Shown: in pieces, positions 51,991 through 64,000 of the stretch
How the letters are laid out: the number at the start of each line of letters is the position of its first letter
Position numbering within the stretch: position 1 is the stretch's first letter
Assembly: GCA_030704615.1 (NCBI GenBank)
Contig: CM060732.1
Location: 39,308,001-39,372,000 of the forward strand
Direction: 5' to 3'
Length of the DNA: 64,000 nt
Source of the DNA: Takakia lepidozioides
Taxonomy: Eukaryota > Plantae > Bryophyta
Notes under the pieces: model-generated
What the model was told of the DNA's origin: nothing
The model's database searches: none
What the model saw: only the letters and a program-made list of their open reading frames with translations
Made by a program: the position numbers and the translations under genes

Positions 51991-54439
51991 GGACCCAAAA
52001 CTTTCCCTACATGGATGACGATATGTGCAAAATATGACCCTACACGTAACAAGTATGACCCCTAAGTCTGCGCCTAACTTGATTTTGAATCAGCAGTCTC
52101 GAACTGGTAAGATTCTAGATATTTAATACTCATGAGATATCTAATGTAGAGAGAGAAGAGGACTCCGGCCTAAGCAGGGATAACAAAAGAGCCACTTCAC
52201 CGTGCAGCTACTGGCCCCTTTCGGGTAGTATATTAATGTAGAATTGTAGAGGCTAAAAATTATTTCATCTAATATCTACAAACACTCTGTCAAAGTGATC
52301 CATAGCACGTTGCACCTTCAATTATTCCTGTAGTGTTTGACAAGTTGCTCCGTGAAAAACTGATAACCAGCTCCGTGGAACTATGATCTCGATATTGAGT
52401 CAAGCTTTCTTTCTCCTGTTTCTTCTGTTTGCTTTTAGGATTGATGTTATACTCAGGATAGGCATAAGTAATCACCGGCGCTACATGGTATACATGACCA
52501 TCATCTACATGTCTTTGAAAAGCCACTGGCTGAATTCCCAAATTATTGTGACTTGACCTCACACCTCGCACCTCCATCCTCCTGAACTGCCATCCCTCCC
52601 ATAGCCCGGGAGAGTGGTAATATAGTAGGTGGGGTACTAGACCATGACTGAAGAGCTGGTTGACTCTGTGCAAGCACTTGGTTTCGCACAGGGCCAAACC
52701 AAGCGGTCTCACTAGCCACGTACAAAGGATGAGATGCACAAGAGGAGGTGACAGACATACCTTGAAACTGTGGATTGTCATGCAGAAAAATAGGCCTCAA
52801 TTTTGTCGGTGGAGCGGAACGGAGGTTGCCAAGTAGTGGTGAGTAGCCTACTAGTAAGGTGGTGTCAATGTAAGAAGTGAGGTGACTCTTGATGGGTGTC
52901 TAGTGTATAACCCAGGTCCCTGTCACCCCAAAATATGTCACCCTGTGTCTTGTGTAACTCCTATTATTAATATATTTTGTACTTAGCCAGATTTGGACTT
53001 AGTCACATTGGAGACCAAGTGGGATTAGGTGACTCACTCACTACAAGAGATGAGCGTTTTTAGGACTACGGCTTTGGCAGAGTCATAAAAACTGCACTAG
53101 GTACATGACTACAGAGCGCTGAAATGCATTACAGTTTTAGTTTTATGACTTTGTAGTAATGGATATCACTACATGACTCCGGAAAGTTAGGGAGCATTGG
53201 TCAAACATTGTTGACCATGATGACAGGGATGGTTTATATGACTAGTGTGATATGTTTGACTACACGTGGACGACGTTTCATGGAATCTTATGACTCCATG
53301 ACTGAAGATGGTTTCAGAGCTCTATTTATACGACTACATCACTACACGTGTCATTTTGAAGGCACATATAATGCAAATAAGGTTGCCCATTAGGTTTAAA
53401 AAAGTTAAAAAATTGCTAATAAGGTTGCCCATTAGTGTAATCGTGAACAGAAAGGAGGGCTGGGACTTGGCGTTTTTTTGTCTCCTGCGCCACACCACAT
53501 AGCTAAGGGATGGAACGCGATGATAGCAGGATATGCAGGGGCGTGGGATGGAGGCGTTGAGCAAATGATGCACGAAGGAGAAGAGGAGGAGGAGACGAGA
53601 CGAGGAGAAGCGAGCTCGCCGTTCTTGGGAGAGTCAGCTTGGTCTTAGCAAGCGTGTTTCAATCTCTGACTACTCATCTACGCCGTAGTGGTTCGATCTG
53701 ACAGACCAATCCGACATTACCTGACTACAGACACAATCAGCACACACAAGAGGTCATCGGTCAAATCCTCCATGGGTCAGGACAGGTCAAGGACAATGTG
53801 GTAGGGCACCTTCTTCTTCAACCTATTTCAGCCTGTGTTGCCCTCCCATCAGACTCGGCCGCAAGATGCATATTGAATTCTGTAAGTTAGGTCGTTGGGT
53901 AGATCTGTGGTGGTTGGAGTGACTTTGGCAAGTTACTGCCAGTGTGGCAGCAGAGAAGTATCCAAAAACATATAATAGAGGTGAGGAGAAGCTTTGGGGT
54001 GAACACTTTCCGACCCCAATGGTGGGACAATGGAGACAAAAAGGCGAATGCCTGTTGGACTACAGAGAGAAGCAGATGCATTTCAGATTGTGATAAGTAG
54101 GGTTGGGGTGTTTTGGGGAAGAACTCCACACCAGTATGGTTGGGGTGTTTGCTGGTAGAATTGTAGGCTGTCAGAGGCATGGATAGCTGAAGGAGCAGGG
54201 ATAGAGTGTGGGTCCAAATTCATCCAAGAGGGCTGGATTTCAAGCTCCACATTACCTATGATTCCCTGTGGAAGGATAGTTACAAGAAACCTACATGGGT
54301 AGATGGTCAACTGGAAGCGGCATGCTGTACTATATGTCATTCCAGAGACTGTCATTGTTGGTCCATGTGTTTTACAACAATGCTATCAATATAAGACTTC
54401 TGGTTCACATTGGAAGCTCAATCCCTGTAAGTTCATTGT

Positions 54440-55253
54440 GTGTGAAGCTCAAACTTGTGATTTGAAGGATCTTGTAGCCAAGTTCATTCAACCGGAAAGG
54501 AAAAATTCCCAAATTTGATGTGGGCAAGCTTATGGAGGTAAGACTTAGCTTCCCTCCTCTAATGTAAGTGTTGGATAAGTTTCATTTAGTGTCGACCTTC
54601 ACTGCATATATTGGCTCTTTTCTTGGCTGGTTTCATATTTTCTTGGCTGGTATGCTGTTGGTTGGCTTCTTTCATTTCACGTGTGTAGTGGAAGGGGAGA
54701 AGTACTTTCCTAAGTTCTGCTGCAACAATGTCTTTTTCCAGCCTAGATGTTTTCGATGGATACAAATTGAAGTGCTTTGAATGTTGCTGCAATACTATAA
54801 TAAAGTGGAGGGTGCTGAATGCAGTTGGTCTTGCTTCGTGCAGGCATAATCTAGGGAAATGTGGACATAGCTGAAACCCCATGATAGCATTTCCAGAGGA
54901 CGGTGTGGATGGCGTCACAATCCAGCATGCAAAATCCATGACAATGTGGAGATGGCTGAATGAGCAAACAGGTTAAGTGGCGAACAAGCCACGTCACTGG
55001 TACATAGTTGCATGCTTACATAGTATATGAAAGCGTACTATATGTCATTCCTAAAATTGACCATGTTGGTCCATGTATTTTACAACAATGTTATCAATAA
55101 AAGACCAATGGTTCGCATTGGAAACTCTATCCCCGTAAGTGGCTTGTGCGTGATGCTCAAACTTGTGATTTGAAGGATCTTATACCCCAGTTCATTGGAG
55201 AGGTGATTGGAAAAGACATTGAGAAGGCAACAGCCGTTATCTATAATCTACAG
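54440..55253 (+). pseudogene. RPS3a: Two captured fragments of ribosomal protein S3a (eS1)
   Basis: EAQTCDLKDLVAKFI (~54440-54490) and RDAQTCDLKDLIPQFIGEVIGKDIEKATAVIYNLQ (55146-55253) match the conserved eS1 C-terminal stretch; both lie in a duplicated block. Confidence 0.75.
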
Positions 55254-55901
55254 ATCCCCTTCAATTTGATGTGGGAAAGCCGGCTGGCTGGAGGTCTAGT
55301 CTCACTTTCACTCATCGTATGTCAGTGTTGTATCCATTGCAATGTGGAGATGTTTGAAACAACATTGGAGCATTTCCAGAGGATGGTCTGGATGGCCTTT
55401 CGTGGCGTGTGCCAAATCCATGGCAAGAAAACATTGCAAGCAGAACCCATGGCAATGGTACCAGCACGGGTTGGTCCAAAGCCAATTGCAACAACAAATG
55501 AATAAAGGGTGCTGAAAGGAAAGCACTCCATAATTGATCATAAAATCCAGTGTCCAAGCATGATATCTTAATGGGAATGCGAAGGGAGTGTTACCACCTT
55601 AAACTATCATGCATGGTCTATAACTGGAGTGCACAAATCGCGCATATCTAATCTTCATCATCCTCATCTATGTATGGGTCACTACATGTATCACTGTCTT
55701 CATCACAGACGTTGATCTTGTCCAAGGGTTGGCTGAACATCATCACCACGTATACGGGGTGCTCGGAGGTACAAGGAGGCCACCTGTTCTGGAGTAACCG
55801 GTATCGCTCGGCTGCATGTTGGGCCATCAGTAACCAGAGTCTCCTCTAGTCTTTGTGGGGCTAACAATCCTTCCACTTCCGCCACATCATCATTATCAAT
55901 T

Positions 55902-56503
55902 GAGGCGGAGGCGCTCACTAGGTGGAGCCCCGCACACCGGGTTGCGGTGGGGGTGGCTCCACAAGGGGTGGTGGTAGCTTAGCGGGACTTAGTGGGGGTG
56001 GCATAGGACTCACCATGGGGGCGGAGACCTCATGGTGGGAGTCGTGGGGAGTCTTGGGACTCATCACGGTCCATAGGGGCCGTGGTGAGTGGGCCAAGAC
56101 TCACCGCGACTCATCACCGGGAGTCGAGGGTTTTCGTGGTGGTTCGCCATAAAATGGCATGGCTGGTTGTGAAACCCCCGCCGATAGCTACAGAAGTATA
56201 TATAGGGAGTAGTAACTCCGAGAATGGTGCAAGCTCATTGGTGACCAAAAACTAGTGAGTAAGCGAGCGAGCCGGAAAGCGACCAAAGAGTGGGGAGCTG
56301 TTCCGGACTGCCAACTACCAAAGGGAATTCCCGCTGGTTCCAAATCGGTGGAGGGTTCTTTGGGAGTTCAAAGGGGGACCGTTATGCCCCGGTGAGCAGC
56401 CGAAGCTCCAAGTTGGTCCGGCGACCAGGTTGGGAGTTAGGCGCGCGCATCAAGCTAGCAACTATGACCTGAAGGGGAGTTTACCGAAGTGAGGTACGCG
56501 ACA
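55902..56503 (+). repeat. Truncated solo LTR of the 35398-42369 chromovirus family, opposite orientation
   Basis: Reverse complement of about 600 bp of the LTR, ending ...gaggtacgcgaca; more diverged and missing about 125 bp. Confidence 0.92.
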
Positions 56504-57318
56504 GCCAGATTGAAGACGATGAAGACTACGATTCTGCATGAGGGCTCTTCTGAGGACGATGAGGACGATCCACTCCTCCCACGCCAGTGCGAGGCAAGTG
56601 CGTCGTTGGCAGATGCCAGGGCAAGCCGAGGAGAACATGCCCATGCTCATGTCGCAGGACAAAAACGCCCATCATCTACACTACGAACACCTTCTCCGTC
56701 TGTGAGTTATACTTCTTCACAATGACCATGATTCAAATTAAAAAAAAGTTTTTGGTAAAATCACGAAGAGATAGGGTATGGTAAGATCATGAAGAGATAG
56801 GGTATGTCTGTCAAGACAGGGAAGTTGGACAATGCAGGGGTCAGCCAAGGCACAATCACAAATGATTTCCACTAGACAAGTTGAAGTGCCAAAGGCATGA
56901 TGTCAGGCCAATGTAGACTTCAGGTGTGTTCAAATTCTTTGCCCCATGAAACCAACGTCCTGGTACTAAGCTACAATGGCTACTTATAGAGATACTTGGG
57001 TTACTTATGCACCCAGAATATCAGTAAAACTTGGAGGGATACTTCTCATGGACCCATCAGGTTTGTCCATTTGAATTCTTGCTATGGATTTCAGGAACAC
57101 CCCATACCTAAGAGGGCTCAAAAATGTACTGGGAGGACATCATTGGGGCCAATCAAATTTGGGAGATTTACTGCCCAAGATCATACTGAGTTTTGGGTAA
57201 TCTTGTCTTTACAAATGATATGTGCTTCCAGTTTGTTATATTGAATTCAAGGATTTGCTGCTTGCTGCCTATATGTATGTGTAATCACCCACATTGTATT
57301 GGGGGAATTTCTTTTCAG

Positions 57319-60300
57319 GGCAAGCACAAGCGCACTGGATCCACGATCCCTACTGCTAGCAATGGAGATGGCGCCCACAAGAACGCAGGAGGTGGCCCTA
57401 ACTCTCCCATCGTTGTGGGTTCTGTGCCACCAGTACCCCCACCTTATTATGGTATGCCTCAGTACCCACAGTCTGGCACTCAGTATGGTCAGGGTCAATA
57501 TGGTGCTCCTCCATATGGGCAGTATGGGCAGTATCCTCCTCCACCATATTTGCCACCCCCTAATAGCTATGGGGGTGGCAGGCCACCGGAATATCCTCCT
57601 GCTTATGGACAGTATGGCCAGTATGGTCCTCGGCCTTCTGGCCAACAGCCATGGCCACCAGTCCCTACTTGGCAGGATCCTGCTTTGAATTCTCCTGAGC
57701 GCACGGAGGTCTCTGAAGGAGGGGAGGGTGCCGTTTCAAAGAATGATAGAACCAATGATTTAAGGAGGGCTAATAGCTCAGCCAAAATTGAAGCTGCCAA
57801 GGTGAAGGAAGAGAAAATAGCTGCAGGTCTTCCTCCCACAGTGATTTTGACGAACCTCAAAGGAGCCCCGTATGGTCAGACTCGGAATGTATGGCACGCT
57901 GCCCTTAAAGGACAGGCTTATTGCAAGCTAGATTGTTCCCTTGCCATCAACAACCAACCTGATGAAGTTGTATACGAAATCAAAGATCACCTGGCTAAGC
58001 TATTTTCATATACGCCACACAAGTTAAAAGACTTCCACCTAAAACAAACAATTGGCAGAATAATGAAGAGCCAGCGTTATGAAGCACACACTGCGTGGTT
58101 GGGTGGTAAGGGGAAACCCATTACTGTATCTGACGAGGTATGGAACAAGCTTGTAAGTTACTGGCAGACAGAGGTGTTCCACAAAGTGTCGGACAACATG
58201 AAGAAGGCAAATGGTGCAATTCAGAATCCTACCAAGACTGGCCGTGGTGGGAAGGCAATGGTGGAAGCACACTTGGTAAGTGGCATCATCATGACTCTGT
58301 ATTTTGTTCCTCATTGAATTGCTATGTGTATATAGTCAGCCCTCACATTGCTTACTGACTTGTGGCATGGGTTTGTTTGTGGCATGGATTAATTTGTAGG
58401 AAACACTATCAGGGTGCCCTCCTACATTATATGAAATTCAAGAGGGTTCAGTGTCACGGTTGTCAGCTGGGAGTTAAGTGTGTTTTCCACGTTTGCTAGA
58501 GTGGTTGCTGCATCATAGGTTGCTAGGGTTTTTTTCAAGGCTTTTGGCCTGGGTTTTCTTTCCAATGGTTGTTCATGCTAGGTTTTTTTGGTTTGATTCA
58601 TACTTGGGCAAGTTTTCATGGATTGGTAGGAGGGAAGTCTTACATATTCTACAGTAGTTGGCAGGATGGATGGCTTGGACAAATTGGTGGAATCACAAGG
58701 ACGTGACATGGCAGAATTAAAATTACAGATGCAGAGTATGATTGAGTACCAGAAAGCCATTGTGACCAGATTGGGGATTAATCTACCAGGCGCAGGACCA
58801 GTGATATCTACGATGGATACATGTGCTGTGACAGTATCAAAATGTTTGGAATCCCAATTTTAGACGGTAACTGGTGCTCACTCTAAGCCCTTATGTCTTC
58901 CTGTCACTGATGATCTATTGAATTTGACCGAGCAGCAGCAAGATACAGGGAAGGCCAGCTGTGAGGTACACGTGGAAATTCAGCCCTTGCCACGTACAAA
59001 GGCAGTAGCAGTCCAGGGGGCAATGGTGACAGAGCCCTCGGGTACACCGGATTCTGGTATGCAGGTATGTAGGAGTTTAAATGGGGAGGAAGATGCAGAC
59101 GGGGACAAAACAAACAAGCAGGTTGCTTTAATTTCTCCTGCTCACATGTTGAAGCCAAATGTCAGTTTACTTCCTGGACCAACGAGGAAGCATTTACTAA
59201 TTCTGGACTTAAATGGTCTGTTATGTGAATCTTTTCATTCTGCTAATGGGCCTGCATCCCTTCCCAAAGGTTTTGTGGGGAAGATGTGTGGCAAGAAGAT
59301 GGTAGTTTCGAGACCACGCTGTTATGATTTTTTGCAAAATTGTTTTGAATACTTTGAGGTGGCGGTGTGGTCTTGTTGCCAAGCTCGCAACTTCTTCCCA
59401 ATGGTGGACTATATTTTTGCAGCCCACACTAACCTGGTTTTCCAGTGGGATGCCCTTCACTGTGACGAGGATCCAGTCCTCCCATGCCGTAAGGGGTCTG
59501 ATTCAAAGCCATTATATTTCAAGAACTTGTCTAGAGTATGGGCAGATTGGCCAGAATGGACTTATGAGGACAGTGTTCTTGTTGACGACACACCAAGAAA
59601 GACGGCAAACAATCCTCCCTTCAGTGGGATTTTTCCAGAGCCATGGAAGGTGCAACCAGATTCACCAACTGATGAGTATCTAACAGAGGTGTTGTGGCCT
59701 TTCTTGTGGAAGGCATCGAAAGCTGCCAGTATTCCCAAGTTTTTGGAGTCTCAGCCTGTTTTCGGACAACAACCATACAACACTGCTACTGTGAAGGTAC
59801 AAACATTCTGACAGTGCTCCAGAGGCTACAATTTTGTGGGTTCATTCATTGCATTGCTTTCCTGGATGCTTCTCCTCGGTTGTTTGATTAATGCTAGGTT
59901 TTCTTTGCAGCTTTTCATGTTGGCTTTTTTTGTTTGATTCATACTTGGATTTTGTTTCTATTCACTATTCCTATTTGCTCATTGCTTTCCTGGTTGTTCT
60001 CTGGTCTGTGACACAGGAACTTGTGACAAACAAAGGTGATATTGTCGACAAGCCGGTACAGACGAGGGGCAAGAGTGTCGACCCGGCGAGTAGCCCCCCA
60101 AAAGAGGTCTCACAACCACTGGAGACTGCAAATGGAGTAAGTCCAGGCCGTTGTCTTGTTTGTTTTATTTTTTCCAACCTTGGGGCTCGGCTCTCTTTAA
60201 TTCGCAAATGTTGAGTGTCCTAGTCGTGTGTATGTCATGGGTTTTCACATCGTGTTTTTTTTTGTGTGGAGTTGGGATCACAATTCAGGGTGGGTGACGA

Positions 60301-60619
60301 GGTTTGGCTGTTGGATGTGAACTCCAAACGCAAGAAATGTGGAGTAGGGCTGATTGTTGCTCTTCAAGGTGCTGTGGTGGGTTACGGGTACCCTGCTGTG
60401 CCCCTTGATTATGCCTGTGTGTACATCAAAGAGGCATGTGTCAGTAACACCCCTCTACCATATGTGAATGGTGTTAGGAAACAGACCGAGTTGGGGCAGG
60501 TGGTTGGCCAGACAACACTTTGGAGTCTAAAGTTACTGAAACTTATGGAGTCGGAAGGGATAGTCAGTATTGCACTGTTTAACAGAGTTCTTGATTCTAC
60601 TAGCACTAGAACATACTAG
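57319..60619 (+). CDS. Spliced TnpA-like gene: Pro/Tyr/Gly-rich region, Ptta/En/Spm-like domain, FCP1/NIF HAD-phosphatase fold, C-terminal Tnp1-like domain
   Basis: SDEVWNKLVSYW...SDNMKKAN...TGRGG; LLILDLNGLL..RP..FL..FEVAVWS..KNLSRVW..LVDDTPRK..NPP; VGDEVWLL...VYIKEACVSNTPLPY...VVGQTTLW. Splice donors at 58276, 59797 and 60137; acceptors at 57318 and 60016. Intactness uncertain. Confidence 0.7.
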
Positions 60620-63250
60620 CTACAACAATTCAGCCCATGTGTGGGCTTGCTTGTTTTTGGCTGGGCCTTTTGAGGCATGGATTTTTTGACCTTGTGGCTT
60701 TTGAGGTGTCCATTGGGACATTGGTCTCATTTGGATTTTTGTAATGTGATTTATAGGGCTTGTATTGCCCTGTAGTTGACTATTTTCATTCTCCTTGTGG
60801 TTGATAGTATGCAGGAGAGATCCATTCTATTTTCATGTTGGAATTTCACCATGTAATGAAGATTTTAAATCATTTAATTCACTTTCATTTTAAATAATAA
60901 TATTAAAAATAATACCATTAAAAAAAAATCCAAGGCTGCAATCTCCATGTTCTTTTAAATATTAAATGAAAACTAAAAAATAAAATATAAACATTAAAAA
61001 TACAAACTATTTCGGAAAACAATCTTGATGACACGTGACATCACTCTTGCTCAAACCAAAAAACGTGGTAGTATATGACACGACATTCTTTATCCATATT
61101 TTTACCACGTGTAAAGATCCGTAGTCATATATGCTAGTCATATATTTTGTCTGTGTGCCACATGTCACATCTCAAGTGCAACAGGTGTCCCGCTAACATC
61201 TCTCCATGTAGACATCCCTGTAGTCATATGAGCGAGTCATGTAGTCACCACGTGTGAAATCTGCCATAGCACACGTGTCCCGCTAACGCCTCTCCATGTA
61301 GGCATCACTGTGCAGACATGTAGTCATATGATCATGGCAAGAAGTCGTGACATGTCAAATTCGCAGTGGCGCACGTGTCCATCCGTCGCCTCTCCATATA
61401 GGCATCACTTTGCAGACATATAGTCATATGATCCCCTGACGAATGCATGACGTGTCGCTTGCATAGTGGCGCACGTGTCCCGCTGAAGCCTCTCCACGTA
61501 GGCAGCGCTCAACAGACAATGTAGTCATATGTTAGTCATATAGTTGTGATTGCAACCCTCTCTGCAGCAGGACTCCAGGTGCCACGCAAGCAGTCACGGA
61601 TATGACTTGCAAAACGTAGTCCTAAAGACTAGTCGCTATGACAGGGTTTTTTTTCACTACAGAGTGATGTAGTCATGAACGCATATAAGACTGAAAAAAT
61701 AGTCATATGTGAAGTCATAAAAACGCTCATCTGTTGTAGTGAGTGGAGTTACGCTCCCTTCATTGTCACCCCACCGTCTGTCACCTTAACTTATAGAAGT
61801 TACTTATACTCCATTTAGTGTATCATCCAAGGCTCAACCCGTTCCATGTCACTCTAGAGAGGGTGGGAAAGATTTGACATGCCCAAAACCAACGAAACGT
61901 CTTGTCAGATATCACACTTGTGCATTAAGTTCCTAGTACGGAGCTAGGTAGTAACACCAATTCATTCCGGAGATCTTGCTTGATGCATCTTGCAACTCTA
62001 TGATCTTTTAATTCTACTGGCTATGGTGGAAGTCCACCTTACAGTTGGAGCTGGCTAAGTGTTACCTCTAAGTAGAAGTGTTAAAAATCCATAACTGTTA
62101 TGGAAACTTTCACTCCCACAGAAAATACACTAGCAAGTGTTAAGTGTTATTAAAATTTTACTCCCTTCTTCATGAAAATGATCCATGTACGTGTTAAGGG
62201 TGAGGATAATGGATTATGATCATAAGGCTTGCATGAAAGTAGCATGTAATAATCCATATGAGCTGATCTAAAACAAATCATCTTGATGTGGGCACAATTT
62301 GTTTACTAAAACCACCAACCAATCCTGACCATACCTTCATTAGCTCCTCTTGGAGCAAAGGCCCAATGAAGTCATGCCATTTATCAAAAGTGTCCGTGCA
62401 TTGGAAAGGAACTGGAAATTTGGCGAGTAGGAGAATCCCACCTAACCAGGATAGATTCATTCTTCCAACATGCATAGATTGATGCGATGCCATCTCAATC
62501 AGGTGTGATGTGATACTCACCCCAACGTTGATCGATCGATTTATTTTTATAAGTGTTAATTTTAATGACCTGGTATTTCATATGTGTTAATTTTGTAAGT
62601 GTTAAAGATTGTTAGTGGAAACTTCCTGTTAAACTGTTAATACTCTATTTCTATTATGTATTTTCCTACTCCCAACCCCCTAACACTTATTAGCCAGGTC
62701 CGATTGTATTTAGGAACAGGAGTGCACAATGATGGGTGGGCTTATTGAAAAGGTTTGCATTCACAACTTACACACGCATTCATTCACCATAACTAATCTG
62801 TATCTTGGACACGACACCTTTGTTGGACTGTCAAGCGTACACAGCATGACCCACCACCAACTGTAACCTGTTAGTCCCAGTCGCCGTTAAATAATTATGA
62901 ACGCTTCATTCCCCTGCTCTCCAGGTTTCATCCACACACACCTCCAACCCACTGACACATCTGCAAGCATCTGTTTCAAAAAATATATCTATATATATTA
63001 AAATTGTTATTTAACTATTTATTTTTATTTTTTATGGGATGTCTCATGGATGATGGCACTACCATGAGGGTTTGAACTTTTTCCCTTCCACAATTTAAAG
63101 TAATTTGCTTTATTTTCTTAAAATATATTATAGACCATGTAACTGACCCTATTAACACATCAGTACCCTATGGCCGCTAACATTTATACTCCTGTTGCAA
63201 ACATAATACCTAGCCCTAAGTTAATAACTGTGGATTGTGCTGGTGCCAGC

Positions 63251-63400
63251 TTTTTTTTTTTTTTTCTTAAAAGAACAGGGGACATAGGCCCTGAAAACTT
63301 TATTAATAAGAGAAAAAAAGTGGGACAAGCAAGGAAAAAATAACCTTGCAGGGGAGCCATAAGACCAACAAAGAGGCACTGCTCAGTAACCAGAGTTCAG
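63251..63400 (-). mobile_element. Probable LINE 3' end
   Basis: On the minus strand, AATAAA about 35 nt upstream of a poly(A) tail. Confidence 0.45.
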
Positions 63401-64000
63401 AGGCAGGTCCTATCAGAACAGTAAGGGAGAGAAGTGCCTAATAAGCCAATCACATCCTCATAGAGGGCTCAAATGAAAGATGAATCCTAGACTTTGTCTT
63501 AAGGAAACTTTATCTTATCTTATCTTCCTGCTAAGTCTTCACCTTCAGCAGGGGAGATTTTTGCACTATGTAATGGAACTGAAGAAAAGGAAAACTCCCA
63601 GGTTGTGAACTCTGGTGCAGAGGACACCTCCCTTTCCCCAGCTTTTTCTTGCTCTGCTCAGTACTCTGGTGCCATGTAATAAGGGTTTTTAATTTTTTTC
63701 CCTTCAATAATTTTAATAAAGCGTATAGCCAGCCTGGCAGGTTGTACGCTGGGCCACATTGACTACAGCAGGGTGACCTTCTGACACATGGCAGCACAGG
63801 ACAGGAAAAAATAAAAATTGTACAACGGCCTGACTTATGAGCGGTACTTATCACCTGACACGCTGGCACCTGAAAAACATTTTTCGCATGAGAGCAGCCA
63901 CCATAGTGTACGTTAGGAGGGTACATGAGCGGGCCACTCTGTACATGAGGAGGTAGGAGCCACAAATCCGTTGCTCATGACGTCATGACTCATGTGGCAG

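Larger units (their letters stand above)
53039..61741 (+). mobile_element. CACTA (En/Spm) element, apparently non-autonomous
   Basis: TIR CACTACAA(G/C)AGATGAGCGTTTTTA at both ends; subterminal atgact/agtcat repeats; flanks act/agt (imperfect TSD). No TnpD catalytic ORF seen. Confidence 0.9.

Noticed and set aside
52290-52781. Possible transposase remnant (also 62278-62520)
   Set aside because: Coding-like but no motif I could assign with confidence.

Overview
Eukaryotic, intron-containing DNA almost entirely made of transposons; content suggests a non-seed land plant, probably a moss (inference). Left to right: (1) a decayed minus-strand non-chromoviral Ty3/Gypsy pol with an extra downstream ORF (1-5255); (2) a roughly 21 kb Mutator-like (MULE) mega-element (about 5260-26031). 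It carries a GCM-like/DDE/SWIM transposase, a C2H2-finger...Ulp1 SUMO-protease gene, dense GGGT(T/G)ACA arrays and a divergently transcribed spliced gene joining a ParB/Srx-like domain to a prokaryote-type beta-class DNA amino (N6A/N4C) methyltransferase fold. An internal ~3.7 kb inversion (about 11585-15325) has broken two of its genes; (3) two fungal-type pseudogenes (an uncharacterised membrane-protein family and a HET-domain gene), separated or interrupted by a foldback element, a ZNF862-like hAT, a hAT MITE and a young full-length chromovirus with 726-bp LTRs; (4) a TTAA/piggyBac-like MITE, a 5'-truncated UFD1-family zinc-finger gene and LINE debris; (5) an 8.7 kb CACTA element carrying captured RPS3a fragments, a truncated solo LTR and a TnpA-like gene with an FCP1/NIF phosphatase-fold exon. 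The headline candidate is the MULE carrying its own ParB-methyltransferase, Ulp1 and motif arrays. This copy is pseudogenised and its methyltransferase catalytic motif is non-canonical. All domain calls are by eye from motifs; no database searches were run.
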